The notes beneath the pieces are model-generated. The model was not told the origin of the DNA. It searched no databases and worked only from the letters and a program-made list of their open reading frames with translations. 64,000 nucleotides of DNA. Source: Squalus acanthias (Eukaryota). The stretch spans positions 83,516,001 to 83,580,000 of the forward strand of contig CM059432.1 in NCBI GenBank assembly GCA_030390025.1. The letters are read 5' to 3'. Below, piece after piece: positions 1 to 13,319 of this stretch; position 1 is the first letter of the stretch; each line of letters starts with the position of its first letter. The position numbers and the translations under genes are program-made.

Positions 1-3000
1 CAACCCTTAAACCCACATTGTTCCCAATGCAAGCACAAACACGGCGAGAAAACTAAAACATCGATATATTCTTGCAAGCATTGTGCAATCAAAATGTGCT
101 GTATTTCATAAATATGTATATCAAGAATGTAAACTCTTGATAATACAACTTTAAAAAGTGGAAAAAGAAAGGATATGCGTGTGTATTTGTGAAAGAGAAG
201 GGGAGAGGGAGCAAGACAATCCTCTGTCTCTAAACTGCTACTAATTTTATTAACACCAGGTGGCATTATGCCTGCACTACATCACAGTTTGTTCGTGGAC
301 TATACTCTGCCTTCACTATCTAAACACACTGCTGATCCAGGCTAATTTACAGGGCATGACTTGATGCTGATGTACTTTAAAATCTGACATTTCAGATTTA
401 TCCACCCTTTTCTCCAGTGTCAAAAGACTTGATGAAAATAATGAAGTTTTCCACATTCCCCAAATTCTCAACATGAGGGTTGGCAAATATGTTGATGTTT
501 CTTTGTCAAAAAACTTTGCTATGGTGCTGATACAGTCTGGCAAAGTCTGTCAAAAAAGCACTGTTATGCAGAAACAAAACTTAAAACAATCCACTTTTGG
601 AATAATTCCACCAGCAACACATTGCATAAACACAAATGATGGCTTTCCTTTGTCAAAACGTTTGTCAAGTGTTAGTAGAGGTTTGTTGGATGTACCAGCA
701 AGTAATTAAGCAACATGATGATTCTTAAGACAAAAAGATTGACAGAGAAAAACATCGATACACCAATGTCATGTAAAGATCCTAGTATTCAGTTAACATG
801 CCCCACTCTGAAAGTGAAAAAAGTACTCGAGAGAACTACTTTATGACTGGATCAGTATGCTGTGTGGAATGCCTGCTTTAAATTGTTGTTTCTAAATTAG
901 AGGTGCTTCACATTACCAGTGCAGTATTGCCTACACATTACAGTTATAAATGCCTTGGATTCCTCATGGCACAAGGTAAAATAGATTCTATTAGACCTGT
1001 GAGCACGGGTGGCTTGCTACAATCTGCTTTTGGTGGAAACTGGAATGTCTCCCGATCACCCACACAACTGTTTGCAGAGAGAGCTATTACACCTCCCTGG
1101 ATTTTGGTTAGACTGTCAAATTAGAGGATCCACTGAGCAGCTCCATCAGACTGGTTAAAGAGAAAGAGAAATGCAAAACAACTGACTTGTTAACTTGCAC
1201 ATGAAGGAGCACAAGAAACAAAGCGAGGGTTTAATAGATAAAACTCAAAAAAACAACTAGCTTTCAAATTAGCTGAGTTGTTTTAATTGTGAGAGCTACA
1301 GGTCACCGCCACTCATTTTGTTTCCTCATACTGCTTGCAGGCCTCAAGACCAATCAATAAAATGTGAGTAACCCTGCCTGTGAACCAGAATGAATAGTTC
1401 AACCACAAAAGCAACAAAAGAAGGCAAGGATCTTTTCATGTCCTTTCATGTGTACTTAAAAGGAATCTCCCCATTAGTCCCCCATTTTCCAAAGCTAAAA
1501 TAATTATGATTAATGTGCAACGTTGAAGTGCTAAAAATGACTAAAGCACCTTGGGCAAATTACTTTATGTGCTGATTTTACCTCAGACCCTTTGCACTGC
1601 TGCCCGGGAACTTCCCCAGGCCAGTTTTCCTGAAGATGTTATCGACACTCAGGCTTCTCAACATGAAATAGTCAAAAATTAGATTAAAAAACAAAAGGGT
1701 GGTAATGTTAACTAAAGCACTCTTAAAACTGTATGATTCTTAAAAAAGATATATTCCCTCTTTAATCTAAAGTAAGAAGAAAGTCGAAATGTGCAAGAAA
1801 ATTGTGCGCACAAATCTGACAACGCAAATATGTCATCAGATTAGAAATACATGGAGAGGTCCATCCAAAAGGAAGCAGCTTTAGAAATAAGTGACAATAC
1901 AAGAAATGACAAGATGCATTCACCATTGCATTCATTATCCCCTTATTATTGTTGGATGTATGAGTAAACTTTTGAACATGATTACTTTGTCCATTGACTT
2001 ACATATGGACCAGTGTTACTTTATTACAGTATAAAATGAAATACTATCCTGGTTGCTGCTTTTAAGTCAATGGCTCTGAAAGTCCATAGGCCAACAATCC
2101 CAGCACCTACTGGGAACCTCCTCTGTTGACCACAACAGACAAGACAGGAGGAGATTTCCAACTTTGAATCCCATTGAATTGGCACTAGGGTTACATCTGG
2201 GGCATGTGTCATAGCAGCAAGGCTGAAAAGTCTAACAAAGAAGGGCTGGGCTGGGATGGGGTGTCTCCACATCTGCCGGTGGGTCAGGAGGTATGGCCAG
2301 TTTGACCAGGTTACCTCTGCCAACCATACGCTGAGTCCCTCTGAAGACCCGAAGCATGGGAGTTTTTGATGTAGCGAGTCAGGAGAGAAGGGAGAAGGGG
2401 AAAAAGGGGATAAGGCTCCTGTGATGATTAACTGGGTAATTATAATTACTATAGTGCTACTGAGCATTAGACTAGCAAGATATGAAACTTGATTCCTCAT
2501 CTATGGTGAGTTAGCTGATCTGCAATTGGAGTGCTACAATTGGCCTTAATGTCAATGGTTAGGGAGAGTAAAAGTTACTGCTCCTGATCAGCATCCAATG
2601 TGTGTATATGTAAATTGGGCAAGCACATTTTGAGCTCACTGTGTAGCTCACCATGGTTAACTAGCTGACCTATGCTTTACACTCCCGCCTCCCTTGTTTG
2701 GAGCACAGCTCTGGGTGTGTAAAGCTCAGGTCAGCTTTTTAACCATGGAGCTTCATAGTGAGCCCCAAATGACCCACTGACCCTGGCCATATTTCTGGCT
2801 CAGGGAACATTCATGCATGGAAGATGGGCTCTCCAGCTTCCACTGGGGAGTCGCACCAGACTAAGGACAGAGACTTGTGGTGAAGGTCTGGGGTCTTCCA
2901 CAGCTGGAAAAAGAGGAGGCCAAGAGCTGCCATTAAAAATTATTTTCAAGGAAATGTCTTTATCTGGATGAAGAGGCCTATGCATGGCTGTGCTCTGAGA

Positions 3001-5404
3001 GAGCTTGCGCAGGTATCTCTTCAGCCATTGCCTCGGTGCCCCCGTCGCCGATCTCTGAACACTGGGTCCCAGGGCCAAACAGGTAGGCCCTGCATCCAGC
3101 GTCTGAAGAGGGCAAATGTTCGGACACATGGAAGAGCAATTCTTCCTTAATTTTCATACAGTTCCATATGCCCACCCCAAATCGGGCCGGTATAGTTTCC
3201 CTTAGTGTGACCAACCACTAAAAGACTGAGGGGAGATAGGGAGGCAGCAGAACACATCCCTGAGTTGCTTTCAGCCTTTACCTGCCCCAGCTCTGTTAGA
3301 AATTCTGCTGGAAGGCAGAAAGCCTAGGCCTCACAAGCTAAGCTCACACAGCTAGACTGGCCATTTGGACAAGGTACTGGAGGGTTGTCAGGGCCTATGC
3401 AATGATTAACAGTTGCATACTTTATTGAACTTCCACTCTGTTATCTGGCTAATGGAAGCAATTGTGTTTTTTTCTGTGGTATCTTAGTCTCAGTGAAGTT
3501 GTAGATTCATGAAATCAAGGAGGATCAGAGGCACTGAAAGGCTTGCAGATGTGCAGCAAGGAGCCTGGAATGACAGTGATGTTGCTAATGTTTCATTTGG
3601 ATCAACTGATGATGAAGATATCAAAAGAGATCACTGGATCTTACTGACAGCTAGCTCAATTGTTTGCATCTGTTTCCCCTGCATTACACACGTCTGGAAT
3701 GGATTACGTTGGCCTGTGCTGAGCACACTTCACCTTCACAAACAGATGGGCTCCAGTAAAACTACTGCTATTATTCAACTTTAGAAACTCATGCAGAACT
3801 CTAACATAAAGATTTTAAAAGGCAACACATATAATAAAAAGAAGTGGGACATAATAAGTAAAAATATATTGGCCCAGAATTTGCTGGGAAAATAACGGTG
3901 AGTTTAATGCGCATGTCGTTATCAATGTGTAAAAAATCCAGCAATATATGACGAGGAAAAGCTATGCTGTGAGTTGCGAATCGCCACAAATTGCTGGAAG
4001 ATTTGTGCCGCTCCACTGTTAGCCTCGTGAAAACGGGAGCTCGCAGGCAATGTTCCCTCTAAGGTGCGCGGGAGATCTGTAAGGTCCCGCACACTTAAAT
4101 TCAAAGGCCACGCACAGTGAGCTGGAGAGCTGGAACGGCGGAGGGGCCCAATACCCAACGCCCAAAGCGCGAGTGGGAAAAAGTCATAGAGATGAGAGAA
4201 TGGCCTAGGAATCCTCACAGGGAGCATCGTTTGTGACCTCACAGAGCCGATCCGAATCCCGACACCTGCGCATTGAAGCCCGTTCCTACGGGCCTGATGA
4301 CATTGGGACTGGGGAACTCCTCCAAGTTACACCCACTTGCACGCTGGATGTCTTGCACTCTTGCTTGGAGAAGTACAGTGGCCAATTGCACAGCTATGGC
4401 AGGGCTCATTAAACAACAGCACTTCACCAAACTCATGATTGCAGGAAGAGTTGTCAATCGGAGCAGCACACCCAACCTCCACCTCAAAGCTAACTGAAGG
4501 AGCTCATTCTGGATATAGTGAGCCACCGCTTTGTGGGGTCCATTGAAGAGGGGTATACGAGTAGCCATCTTGTATCTGGAGGTTAGTACCCATTCGTTTA
4601 GCTTTTGATTCCCTCCATGTATTTGTCATAACTCAGGTATTCTATCCGTAGGCAACTTAACCAGGTACCACAGCATCATAGCATGGCATGTGTTGGCTAC
4701 TGAAATGTGTTACAAGCAATGTTTTACAGATTGCAATAGATGCTTTTTCTCATTGTGTTTCCGTAGGGACAGCTAAGCAGCATCAGCTAGCAGGGCTTAA
4801 GGGTGTAGGCTCTTGCATGAGGCAGCATAAATCACTGTATCTGCAGCAAGTAACAACTGAGTAATATTCACTCAGGGGGAAGGTGTAGAGTTAGATTTAG
4901 AGCAGAAAGCAGTGCGGTGAACACACACAGCATGAATGAGAGGAGCAAGTGTAGGTATCAGCACAAGAGCAGGAAGAAGTTGGCTAGAGGATCAGCTTGA
5001 GGTCACCCTGGGGTTTTGCCTCCACTTGATACAGAAAGTCAGTCTCCTCTCTCTGATCCACTGTACAAATGTATTTATTAGAAAGCTGCAGCCTCCAAAT
5101 CTTTCACTACAGTTAGTCCAGCACACTGAGCAGTGACTGCTGCTAACATCTGAGTGGTGTTAAACAAATCCCAAACCAGTCAAAGATCGACAGCTCACGA
5201 AAGAGTTTAGCAGAATTCTAAAATATATTATCGTCAGGGAAAATGAGGCAAAACAAACTTCAAGCTTCAGTCGGTGGATTACACCGACCAGTAATGCACA
5301 GATCATTCCGGTAAATTGCTCTGTTCTGCAAAGTACAGATACGGTTTATTCAGCAGGATAGGGACTATTTACCATATAACTGTTTGGACTTACTGTTTAT
5401 TCAG

Positions 5405-5583
5405 AATAATTTGCATTTACATAGCACCAATAACGTGGAAAACACCCCAAGGCACTTCACAGAGGCGTGATCAGGTGCAAATGTACACAGAGCCAAAGAA
5501 GGGGATATTAGGATTGGGTGATCAAAGGCTTGCTCAAAGAGATGAATTTTCAGTAAGTTCTTAAAGGAGAAGAGAGAGGTAGA
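5405..5583 (-). mobile_element. L2-like LINE 3' end fragment
   Basis: ttgcatttacatagcacc...cccaaggcacttcacag resembles the reverse complement of the tail also seen on the Deu-SINEs in this window. Confidence 0.4.
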
Positions 5584-5698
5584 CCCAAGGTGATCAAATA
5601 TAACAGCAAAATACCGCGGATGCTGGAAATCTGAAATAACAACAGAAAACGCTGGAAAAACTCAGCAGGCCAGGCAGCATCCGTGGAGAGAGAAACAG

Positions 5699-5735
5699 AG
5701 TTAACGTTTCAGGTCTGGGACCCTTCATCAGAACC
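5699..5735 (-). ncRNA. Minimal type-I hammerhead ribozyme (Penelope pLTR)
   Basis: Minus strand reads GGUU-CUGAUGA-A-GGGUC CCA GACCU-GAAA-CG-UU-AACU: conserved core, helix II, palindromic ACGU in place of helix III, helix I GGUU/AACU. Confidence 0.75.
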
Positions 5736-5736
5736 G

Positions 5737-6056
5737 TACTTTACTTGTACTTCTTGCAATTTAGTATACTGTATTCGCTGCTCACGATGCGGTTCCTCTA
5801 CACTGGGGAGACCAAACGCAGATTGGGCGACCGCTTTGCGGAACATCTCCGTTCAGTCCATAAGGGTGACCCTGAGCTTCCAATCGCCTGTCACTTTAAT
5901 TCACCGCTTCACTCCCACTCTGATCTCTCTGTCCTCGGCCTATTACATTGTTCCAATGTAGCTCAACGTAAGCTCGAGGAACAGCACCTCATCTTTCGAT
6001 TAGGCACTTTAAAGCCTTCTGGCCTCAACATTGAGTTCAACAATTTCAAACTATAA
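5737..6056 (+). pseudogene. Penelope GIY-YIG endonuclease fragment (frameshifted)
   Basis: FTCTSCNLVYCIRCSRCG (ORF 5683) joined to LYTGETKRRLGDRFAEH...CHFNSPLHS...GLNIEF (ORF 5745): VY..C..C..YxGET motif, frameshift near 5795. Confidence 0.85.
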
Positions 6057-6904
6057 CCCCTGCCCCCATTTTTCATGCTGTATGATTTTGCCATTCCCAT
6101 TTGCAACATTTTATCTTTCCTGCCTCTTACAAAAGCACAGTATGTTCCTTCAATTCCTTCCTCCCCTCCTGTCTCTGCACCTGCTTAATATCTGTTATAT
6201 ATCCAGCTTTTTCCAGTTCTGATGAAGGGTTAACTCTGTTTCTCTCTCCATGGATGCTGCCTGGCCTGCTGAGTTTTTCCAGCGTTTTCTGTTGTTATCC
6301 CAAGGTGATCAAACTTGGTTTCGTAGGTGTTGGACTTTAATGTGAGTCATATCACATGATGCCCAAAATGTATATTGAAGCGAGCTTCCTTCTCACCAAA
6401 CCTCCAGATCTTGACATAATGGCCATCTTGATGGTTTAACTGCTAATCAATTTAACCCGATGTTTCCTCTCTAAATTTACAAAGGAACAGGAGATGACCT
6501 GGACAATCTCAGATAGTTGCTAATGTGTTAGCTTCAGTGCCTTCATTGTTCTGGCCAATCTGCTATTAACACCTCACTTGGGATGTTGCCAACCCGTCTG
6601 CTACTTCTTACTCCACCATTGTCCTGACCAATCTCCAATATTAGCATATCCTAATTGGACTATGACCCCGAGATGTTATGATTAACTTTGATGGGACACC
6701 TGACACAAAGCAAATGCTAACACGAGATATGTGTAACATAGTTTTTGTAAGAACTGTGAATGTTAGAGATTAAATAAAGTCACTAATAAGGTTTATAAAC
6801 CAAAAAAGAGCAACTGATTTCATGATTTTTAAGAGTTTGTCTGATTGTCTCATGATTTGAGATGGTGGGGAGGCAATATGGCATTACTGCATATATGCTT
6901 TTAA

Positions 6905-7010
6905 ATAGTTGTTGCGGTCATTGTTGTTGTAAAATATGTTGTTGTTGTAAAAGTTGTTGCTGTTGTAAAAGTTGTTGTTATATCATTTGTTGTTGTTGTT
7001 ATAAAATATG
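6905..7010. repeat. Imperfect (TTG)n microsatellite
   Basis: Repeated gttgttgttgtaaaa units. Confidence 0.8.
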
Positions 7011-7246
7011 TCCATGGACAAAAAGGTCGCGCTCAAAGGAGTTTGTGGCCTGCTCAGTGCAAAAAAAATTAGAGGGAACATTGCTCACAATCAACCTTCC
7101 CATGTGTTTCAAGAAATTGCTACATTTACGCTGTTAAAACAAAGTAAACTCGCCACAGAAAGTTAGGGCTGGTATTTAATGATATAAGGACCTTTTTAAT
7201 TATGAGATTTATGTTCCTGCAAAGTCACTCAACCTTGGAGGCCCAG

Positions 7247-10200
7247 AACATAAGAATTAGGAGCAAGAGTAGGCCATACGGCCCCTCGAGTCTGCTCCGC
7301 CATTCAATAAGATCATGGCTGATCTTCGACCTCAACTCTACTTTCCTGCCCTATCCTCATATCCCTTGATTCCCCTAGAGTCCAAAAATCTATCTAGCTC
7401 AGCCTTGAATATTCTCAAAGACTCAGCATCGACAGCTCTTTGGGGTAAAGAATTCCAAAGATTCACAACCCTCTGAGTGAAGAAATTCCTCCTCATCTTA
7501 GTCTTAAAAGGCTGAACCCTTATCCTGAGACTATGCCGGCTAGTTCTAGATTCTCCAGCCAGGGGAAACAACCTCTCAGCATTTATCCTGTCAATCCCCC
7601 TCAGAATCTTACATGTTTCAATGAGATCACCTCTCATTCTTCTAAACTCCAGAGCGTATGGGCCCATTCTACTTAATCTCTCCTCATAGGACAACCCTCT
7701 CATCCCAGGAATCAATCTAGTGAACCTTTGTTGCACCGCCTCTCAGGCAAGTATATCCTTCCTTAGATAAGGAGACCAAAACTGTACACAATACTCCAGG
7801 TGTGGTCTCACTAAAGCCCTGTACAATTGTAGCAAGACTTCCTTACTCTTATACTCCAATCCTCTAGCAATAAAGGCCAACATGCAATTTGCCTTCCTAA
7901 TTGTTTGCTGTACCTGCATGCTAACTTCCTGTGTTTCTTGTATCTAAATCTCTCTGAACACCAACATTTAATAGTTTCTCACCATTTAAAAAATATTCTG
8001 TTTTTCTATTTGTCCTACCAAAGTGAATAACCTCACATTTCCCCACATTATACTCCATCTGCCATCTTATTCCCCACTCACTTAACCTGTCTAAATCCCT
8101 TTGCAGGCTCTTTGTGTCCTCCTCACAGCTTACTTTCCCACCTATCTTTGTATCATCAGCAAAGTTGGATATATTGCACTCAGTCCCTTCATCTAACTCA
8201 TTTATATAGATTATGAATAGCTGAGGCCCAAGCATTGGTCCTTGCAGCACCCCACTAGTTACAGCCTGCCATCCCAAAAATGATCCGTTTATTCCTACTC
8301 TCTGTTTTCTGTCCATTATCCAATCCTTTATCCATGCTAATATATTACCCCCATGTGCCCTTATCTTGCGTAACAATCTTTTATGTGGCACCTTATCAAA
8401 TGCCTTTTGGAAATCCAAATATACTACATCCACTGGTTCCCCTTTATCTACCCTGCTAGTTACATCCTCAAAAAACTCTAATAAATTTGTTAAACACGAT
8501 TTCCCTTTCATGAAACCATGTTGACTCTGCATGATCATATTGGGCCGGATTTTCCGATCGGAGGCTTCCTGCGTGCGGATGCCTTCGATCAGGAAAAATT
8601 TACGCACTTACCTTCTGGCTCCATAGGTCCCGAGACTTCTGATCCTGGGCTTCTGGTGCGCGCGCGCAGAGGCCCAGGGGCGCAGGCGGTTCGCAAGCGT
8701 CCCTGGGATCATGTGGGCTATGGGGAACTAATCAAAGAAGGGAATCCCCCCTCACACTTTTGACAGGTCTCTACGCATAGATCTGTCAAAAGTATGAACG
8801 GGGATCACAGTTAAAAACACAGTTAAACATTAAATAAATTTTTTTTAAATCACGTATTTAAAATTAGTTAAAATTACATTAAATTAAATATTTTAAACAA
8901 AAATGTAATTTTTTTGAGAAAAATAATTAAAGTTTTTTACAGGGCTAAAAATGAACTTACCTTTTTTAAAAGTATTTTTAAATTATAAATGAGTGAAATT
9001 TTTTTTTACCAGGCGTAAGATTTTTAAAGGTTTTCAGCGGGCGGAGGTTGTGCAGAAAGCGGAACTCTCCCCCCGCAGAGGCCCCTCTCCCGGGCAGGCG
9101 GAGGATCTGTCAAGTGGATTCTTGACAGATCGGAAGTGCCGGTTTTCAGCGCATGTGCTTCGTATGCCTGAAACCGACACTTGCGAGGCCCCTACGGGTG
9201 CGCACACACCTCGTACCCACCCGTGGGGGTCGGAATATCTGGCCCAATATGATTTTCTAAGTGCCCTGTTACCACTTCCTTAATAATGGATTCCAGCATT
9301 TTCCCGATGACTGATGTCATGCTAACTGCCTGTAGTTGCATGTTTTCTCTCTCACTCCTTTCTTGAATAGCGGGGTTACATTTGTTACCTTCCAATTCGC
9401 TGGGACCGTTCCTGAATCTCAGGAATTTTGGAAGATCACAACCAATGCATCCACTATCTCTGCAGCGACCTCTTTTAGAACCCTAGGATGTAGGCCATCA
9501 TGTCCAGGGGATTTGTTGGCTTTTAGTCCCATTAGTTTCTCAAGTACTTTTTCTGTATTGATATTAATTACTTTAAGTTCCTCACTCTCATTAACCCCTT
9601 GGTTCCCCACTATTTTCGGTATACTTTTTGCGTCTTCTACTGTGAAGACAGATCTAAAATATTTGTTTAAAGTCTCTGCCATTTCCTTGTTCCCCAATAT
9701 AATTTCTCCTGTCTCAGCCTCTAAGGGACCAATGCTTGCTTTTTCTACTCTCTTCCTTTTTACATACTTATAGAAGCTCTTACAATCTGTTTTTATATTT
9801 CTTGCTAATTTACTCTCATTATATTTTATCCCATTTTATCAACTTTTTGGTCATCCTTTGCTGGTTTCTAAAGCTCTCCCAATCCTCAGGCTTACTATTC
9901 TTCACAACATTATAAGCCTCTTCTTTTAATCTAATACTATCCTTAACTTCTTTAGTTAGCCACGGATGGATCACTTTTCCCGTGGAGTTTTTATTTCTCA
10001 ATGGAATGTATACTTGTTGAGAATTTTAGAATATTTCTTTATATGATTGCCACTGCTTATCTACCATCATACCTTTTAATCTAATTTCCCAATCTACCTT
10101 AGCCAACTCGCCCCTCATACCTATGTAATTGGCTTTGTTTAAGTTTAAGACTCTAATGCCAGACTTAGGAATGTCACTCTCAAACTTAATGTGAAATTCT

Positions 10201-10268
10201 ATATTATGATCACTCTTCCCTAGAGGATCCTTTACTATAAGATTACTAATTAACCCTGTTTCATTACA
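7247..10268 (-). mobile_element. CR1-clade LINE, 5'-truncated
   Basis: ORF fragments with YLDFQKAFDKVPH, GVLQG..LGP, FADDTK, FFTQRVVNLWNSLP; agaacataag tail at ~7247; interrupted by a MITE at 8542-9245. Confidence 0.95.
8542..9245. mobile_element. MITE (GGGCC-terminal family) inserted in CR1
   Basis: TIRs GGGCCGGATTTTCCGA / TCGGAATATCTGGCCC (14/16); flanks ATT/AAT; CR1 sequence resumes on both sides; GC-rich ends, AT-rich core; homologous to 45869-46649. Confidence 0.85.
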
Positions 10269-13200
10269 ATTGAAACAATTGAACAATTGAAACTGTGGAG
10301 TCTCACTCCTATAGCTAGTAAATTGTTCCTAGAGGTTTTAACATTTAAAATTTATATTTAAAAGATCTTACTTTTCCTTTCTGTCTGTTTTTATCTCTCT
10401 TAATCCAATCTTCCTTTCCCTCTCTTTATTTCTCTTTCTGTATCTAATTTTACTCTCATTCACTCTATTTCCTTCTCCATCTTTGCTCTGTTTATTTCTC
10501 TGTCCTTAAATTTCATTTTGTAAGGAGGTAGGCTGTTGGTACCATCGTTCACCAAGGTCCCGTCACTCACCAAGGTCCAAGATTCCCCGTTCACTTCACT
10601 GCACCGTTATCAGCTTGCACTTCTAGCAATTTGTGGTGCAAATTATTTTCGAGCTGAAGGGTAAGGGAAAAAATCTAATGAACGGGGCATGCCGCGAGAT
10701 ATCTATTCCAGCAAATTCTGGGCCATTATTTTGATTTTGATAGCTTTATACCCCATTTCTATCATATGACAACTTTAAGATATTGTTTTCTCTTTGACTA
10801 TGACAAAAAAACTTTAAAAAAAAGACAAATGCTTAGAAATTCTAAGTTGTGCCTCTGGAAGTGCAGCCTGTCTTTGCCATGACTCCGTCCCTAATCCCAG
10901 GACCTGGGTCATTTACATATTATAGATGGGAGCTTGTGCCAGTAGAGACACTACTGGTGCACCCACCTCTCAAACCTGGAGGGATGACAATGCGGTTCCT
11001 TGCTGCTCGGTGGGAGGTGGTTTAGGCCGGTCTGACTGAATTCACTGGTGTCCCAAAGCCAACAGGAAAGCCTCTTCCTCATCAGTCAACCAGTCTCCAA
11101 ATGGAAATTGATCTCTCTTGGATCGATCGGCGCTTGAATATGAAACGGTGGAGCCAACATATGCCTATATACGGCAAGTACACCTGCTTGATGCAGGAGT
11201 ACTTACCTCTGGCTCTACAGGAGGTGTAACCGATGGGTTTTCCAGGGGAGACCGCTCCCAAAAATGACATTGGGAGGGAGAGCCCCCCATCTCATTTTCT
11301 GGCCCCCCGTCCCCAGAACAACTGATTTCCCTTCCAAAAAAAGGAATGGAAGTTCTAGCTCAAGGCCACTTTAAAATTGGAGCAGCTTTAAATCCTGCTC
11401 TGCCTTATTTTACCAAGATTATTTGTATTTGTTTTTACTGAAATTTATCATCATAATCTTTGTTTAATATTGATGTTTTAAATTTTTTAATTTAAGTATC
11501 TTCAATGTGCCTTTATTTATGCTAAATTAAGCAGCACACAAGTCAGAGGCAAAAGCGTGCATTTATATGATGCAGAGAAAACAAGTTAATGCAAAATACA
11601 AGGGTAAACACAATGGAAAGTAAATTTGTTGTTTGCAGGTAGCCAGGAAATTGTGGCTTCTTCCTGTCAGTGAGCAGGTGGTATTTACCTAGTAGATTGC
11701 ATTGGGCAGCTGGCTGATAGGACCCTCCAGCTGGACATTTCTACCCCATTCAGACTAGCCACACCTGCTCTAAACTGCAAACAAGAGCCTTTCTTCAGTC
11801 GATCTGTCAGCACAAAGCCATTGGTTCAATCATACTTTCCCAGCTGTAATATTTCATAATTGCCTGGGATTCCATCTAGACTTCACTAAGAGCAGAATTG
11901 TCCTTTTCCCCTTTACCACACCATTCTCTTCAAAACAACTACTTTATTATCTCCCTTTATCACTTGATCAACTTTATCCTTGCCACTAATAATCTCTTAC
12001 CCTGAAAGCTTGCAATGGAATAAGTATGAGTGCCTTGTATAAGAAACAGCAGAATACTTTAATGAAAGATTAATGACTTCCTGTAAGCACTTTGTATCTG
12101 ATGATTAGCAATTACAAAAGTATGCCCAGAAGAAGGAGGGCTGTTGAGAAGTACTGGCTTGGCATCTACTGCTAAGGAAATGACTATAACTACAGGCTCC
12201 AGGGCCAGCTTCCATCACATTTAGTTATAATATTAGTACTGTTCTCAAACTACAAGGATCCTTTCCTCACTTCTTTCGGTGTATATCAAAAAAAATTAAA
12301 CTAAAAAATGTACTGACTAAAGGGTTTGAAGCTACTGGATCTATTAAAAGGCATCACTATTATGGCTGTTACACACAGGGGCCCAAATTAAGCTTTACAT
12401 TCAAAAGCATGTTTCTGGATTTGATTTCAATGGGAAAGATGGAAAATGGGGTAGTCACAAATTTCAATTGGCAAAGAAGTTCTTAATAAAGTGCTTCTCC
12501 CTATCTGATCTAGAAATAGACACTGGACATTTTATGAAATTGAGCTTCAAAAACTTGGTCTGGTTTTCTTCTTAATTAGCCCTATTCTCCAAGGCAAACT
12601 GTTCTTTGCTACATTATATATTCATAGTTAGATGAAAATTCTAGTATATTTGCAATGGACTTTATAAAAATCTCTCTGCAGCAGTGCACATATCAGGTTG
12701 AAATTTACTCACGATGTCTGGTGAGTTTGGAGCGTGAAATGAGTGCACCGACACTTTTGGTCGTGGATTCTGGGCAGGACCCATTTCAAGTTGTTTTCCA
12801 TCCTTTAATTGCAACACTGTTGTTTCCGCCACGATGTGGGGCCTTCTCAAGGTGCACGCGCCGGAGCTGCTAGGAGATCATTACAATAAATGCTAATGAG
12901 GAGGAGCTGGAGTGTCAAGAACATGTGATTTGCATCCCAATAACACCAAGGTTAATGCATAATGACTTAAAAGAGGTGTGCCTGTTGCCAACATCAGCTG
13001 AGACTGGCAAAAGTGCTTCACTTTAGAGCCTGAAGAAACTTTGAGGAGTGACTGGTGGAGTTACAGTAGGGCTTTTAAAGCAGTTTTTTCCCCTTGCATC
13101 TAAATAGAGCTGGACTTGCCAATAACAGCCCGAGGGCCTGAGAGACCAGCAGAATATTTTTACCGCCACCTACTGTAAGAAGTTCTGAGTTTTGGGTGTG

Positions 13201-13319
13201 GGATTCTCTATAGACATTCCCTTCTTTGAAATTATAATAGAGGAGGAGAAGCAGTCCAGGATGGTGAAAAGGAAAGTGAGGCTGCATATGAGTTCTAGAA
13301 AATATTACTCCCCCCAAAG

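Larger units (their letters stand above)
5599..6298 (+). mobile_element. 5'-truncated Penelope-like element with inverted pseudo-LTR
   Basis: 15-bp TSD CCCAAGGTGATCAAA (5584-5598, 6299-6313); 70-bp inverted repeat 5636-5705/6229-6298; GIY-YIG remnant; hammerhead core. Confidence 0.9.
4048..7083. mobile_element. Decayed hAT-like DNA transposon
   Basis: 15-bp TIRs CAATGTTCCCTCTAA (4048-4062) / TTAGAGGGAACATTG (7069-7083); degenerate 8-bp TSD ctcgcagg/ctcacaat; minus-strand remnant at ~4240-4570 loosely resembles a hAT C-terminal dimerisation region. Confidence 0.6.
3871..10724. mobile_element. Non-autonomous TIR DNA transposon (Harbinger-like), heavily nested
   Basis: Perfect 17-bp TIRs GGCCCAGAATTTGCTGG (3871-3887) / CCAGCAAATTCTGGGCC (10708-10724); ATT on both flanks (3868-3870, 10725-10727). 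Contains hAT-like, Penelope, CR1 and MITE insertions. Confidence 0.75.

Noticed and set aside
316..709. Possible host exon(s) (ORFs 316-543 and 473-709; acceptor-like site at 417)
   Set aside because: No recognisable protein similarity or convincing donor site.
6862..7137. Cys-rich ORF resembling metallothionein or keratin-associated protein
   Set aside because: Translation of a TTG microsatellite inside a DNA transposon.
11639..11677. 39-nt AG...GT candidate exon
   Set aside because: Weak pyrimidine tract and donor; expected by chance.
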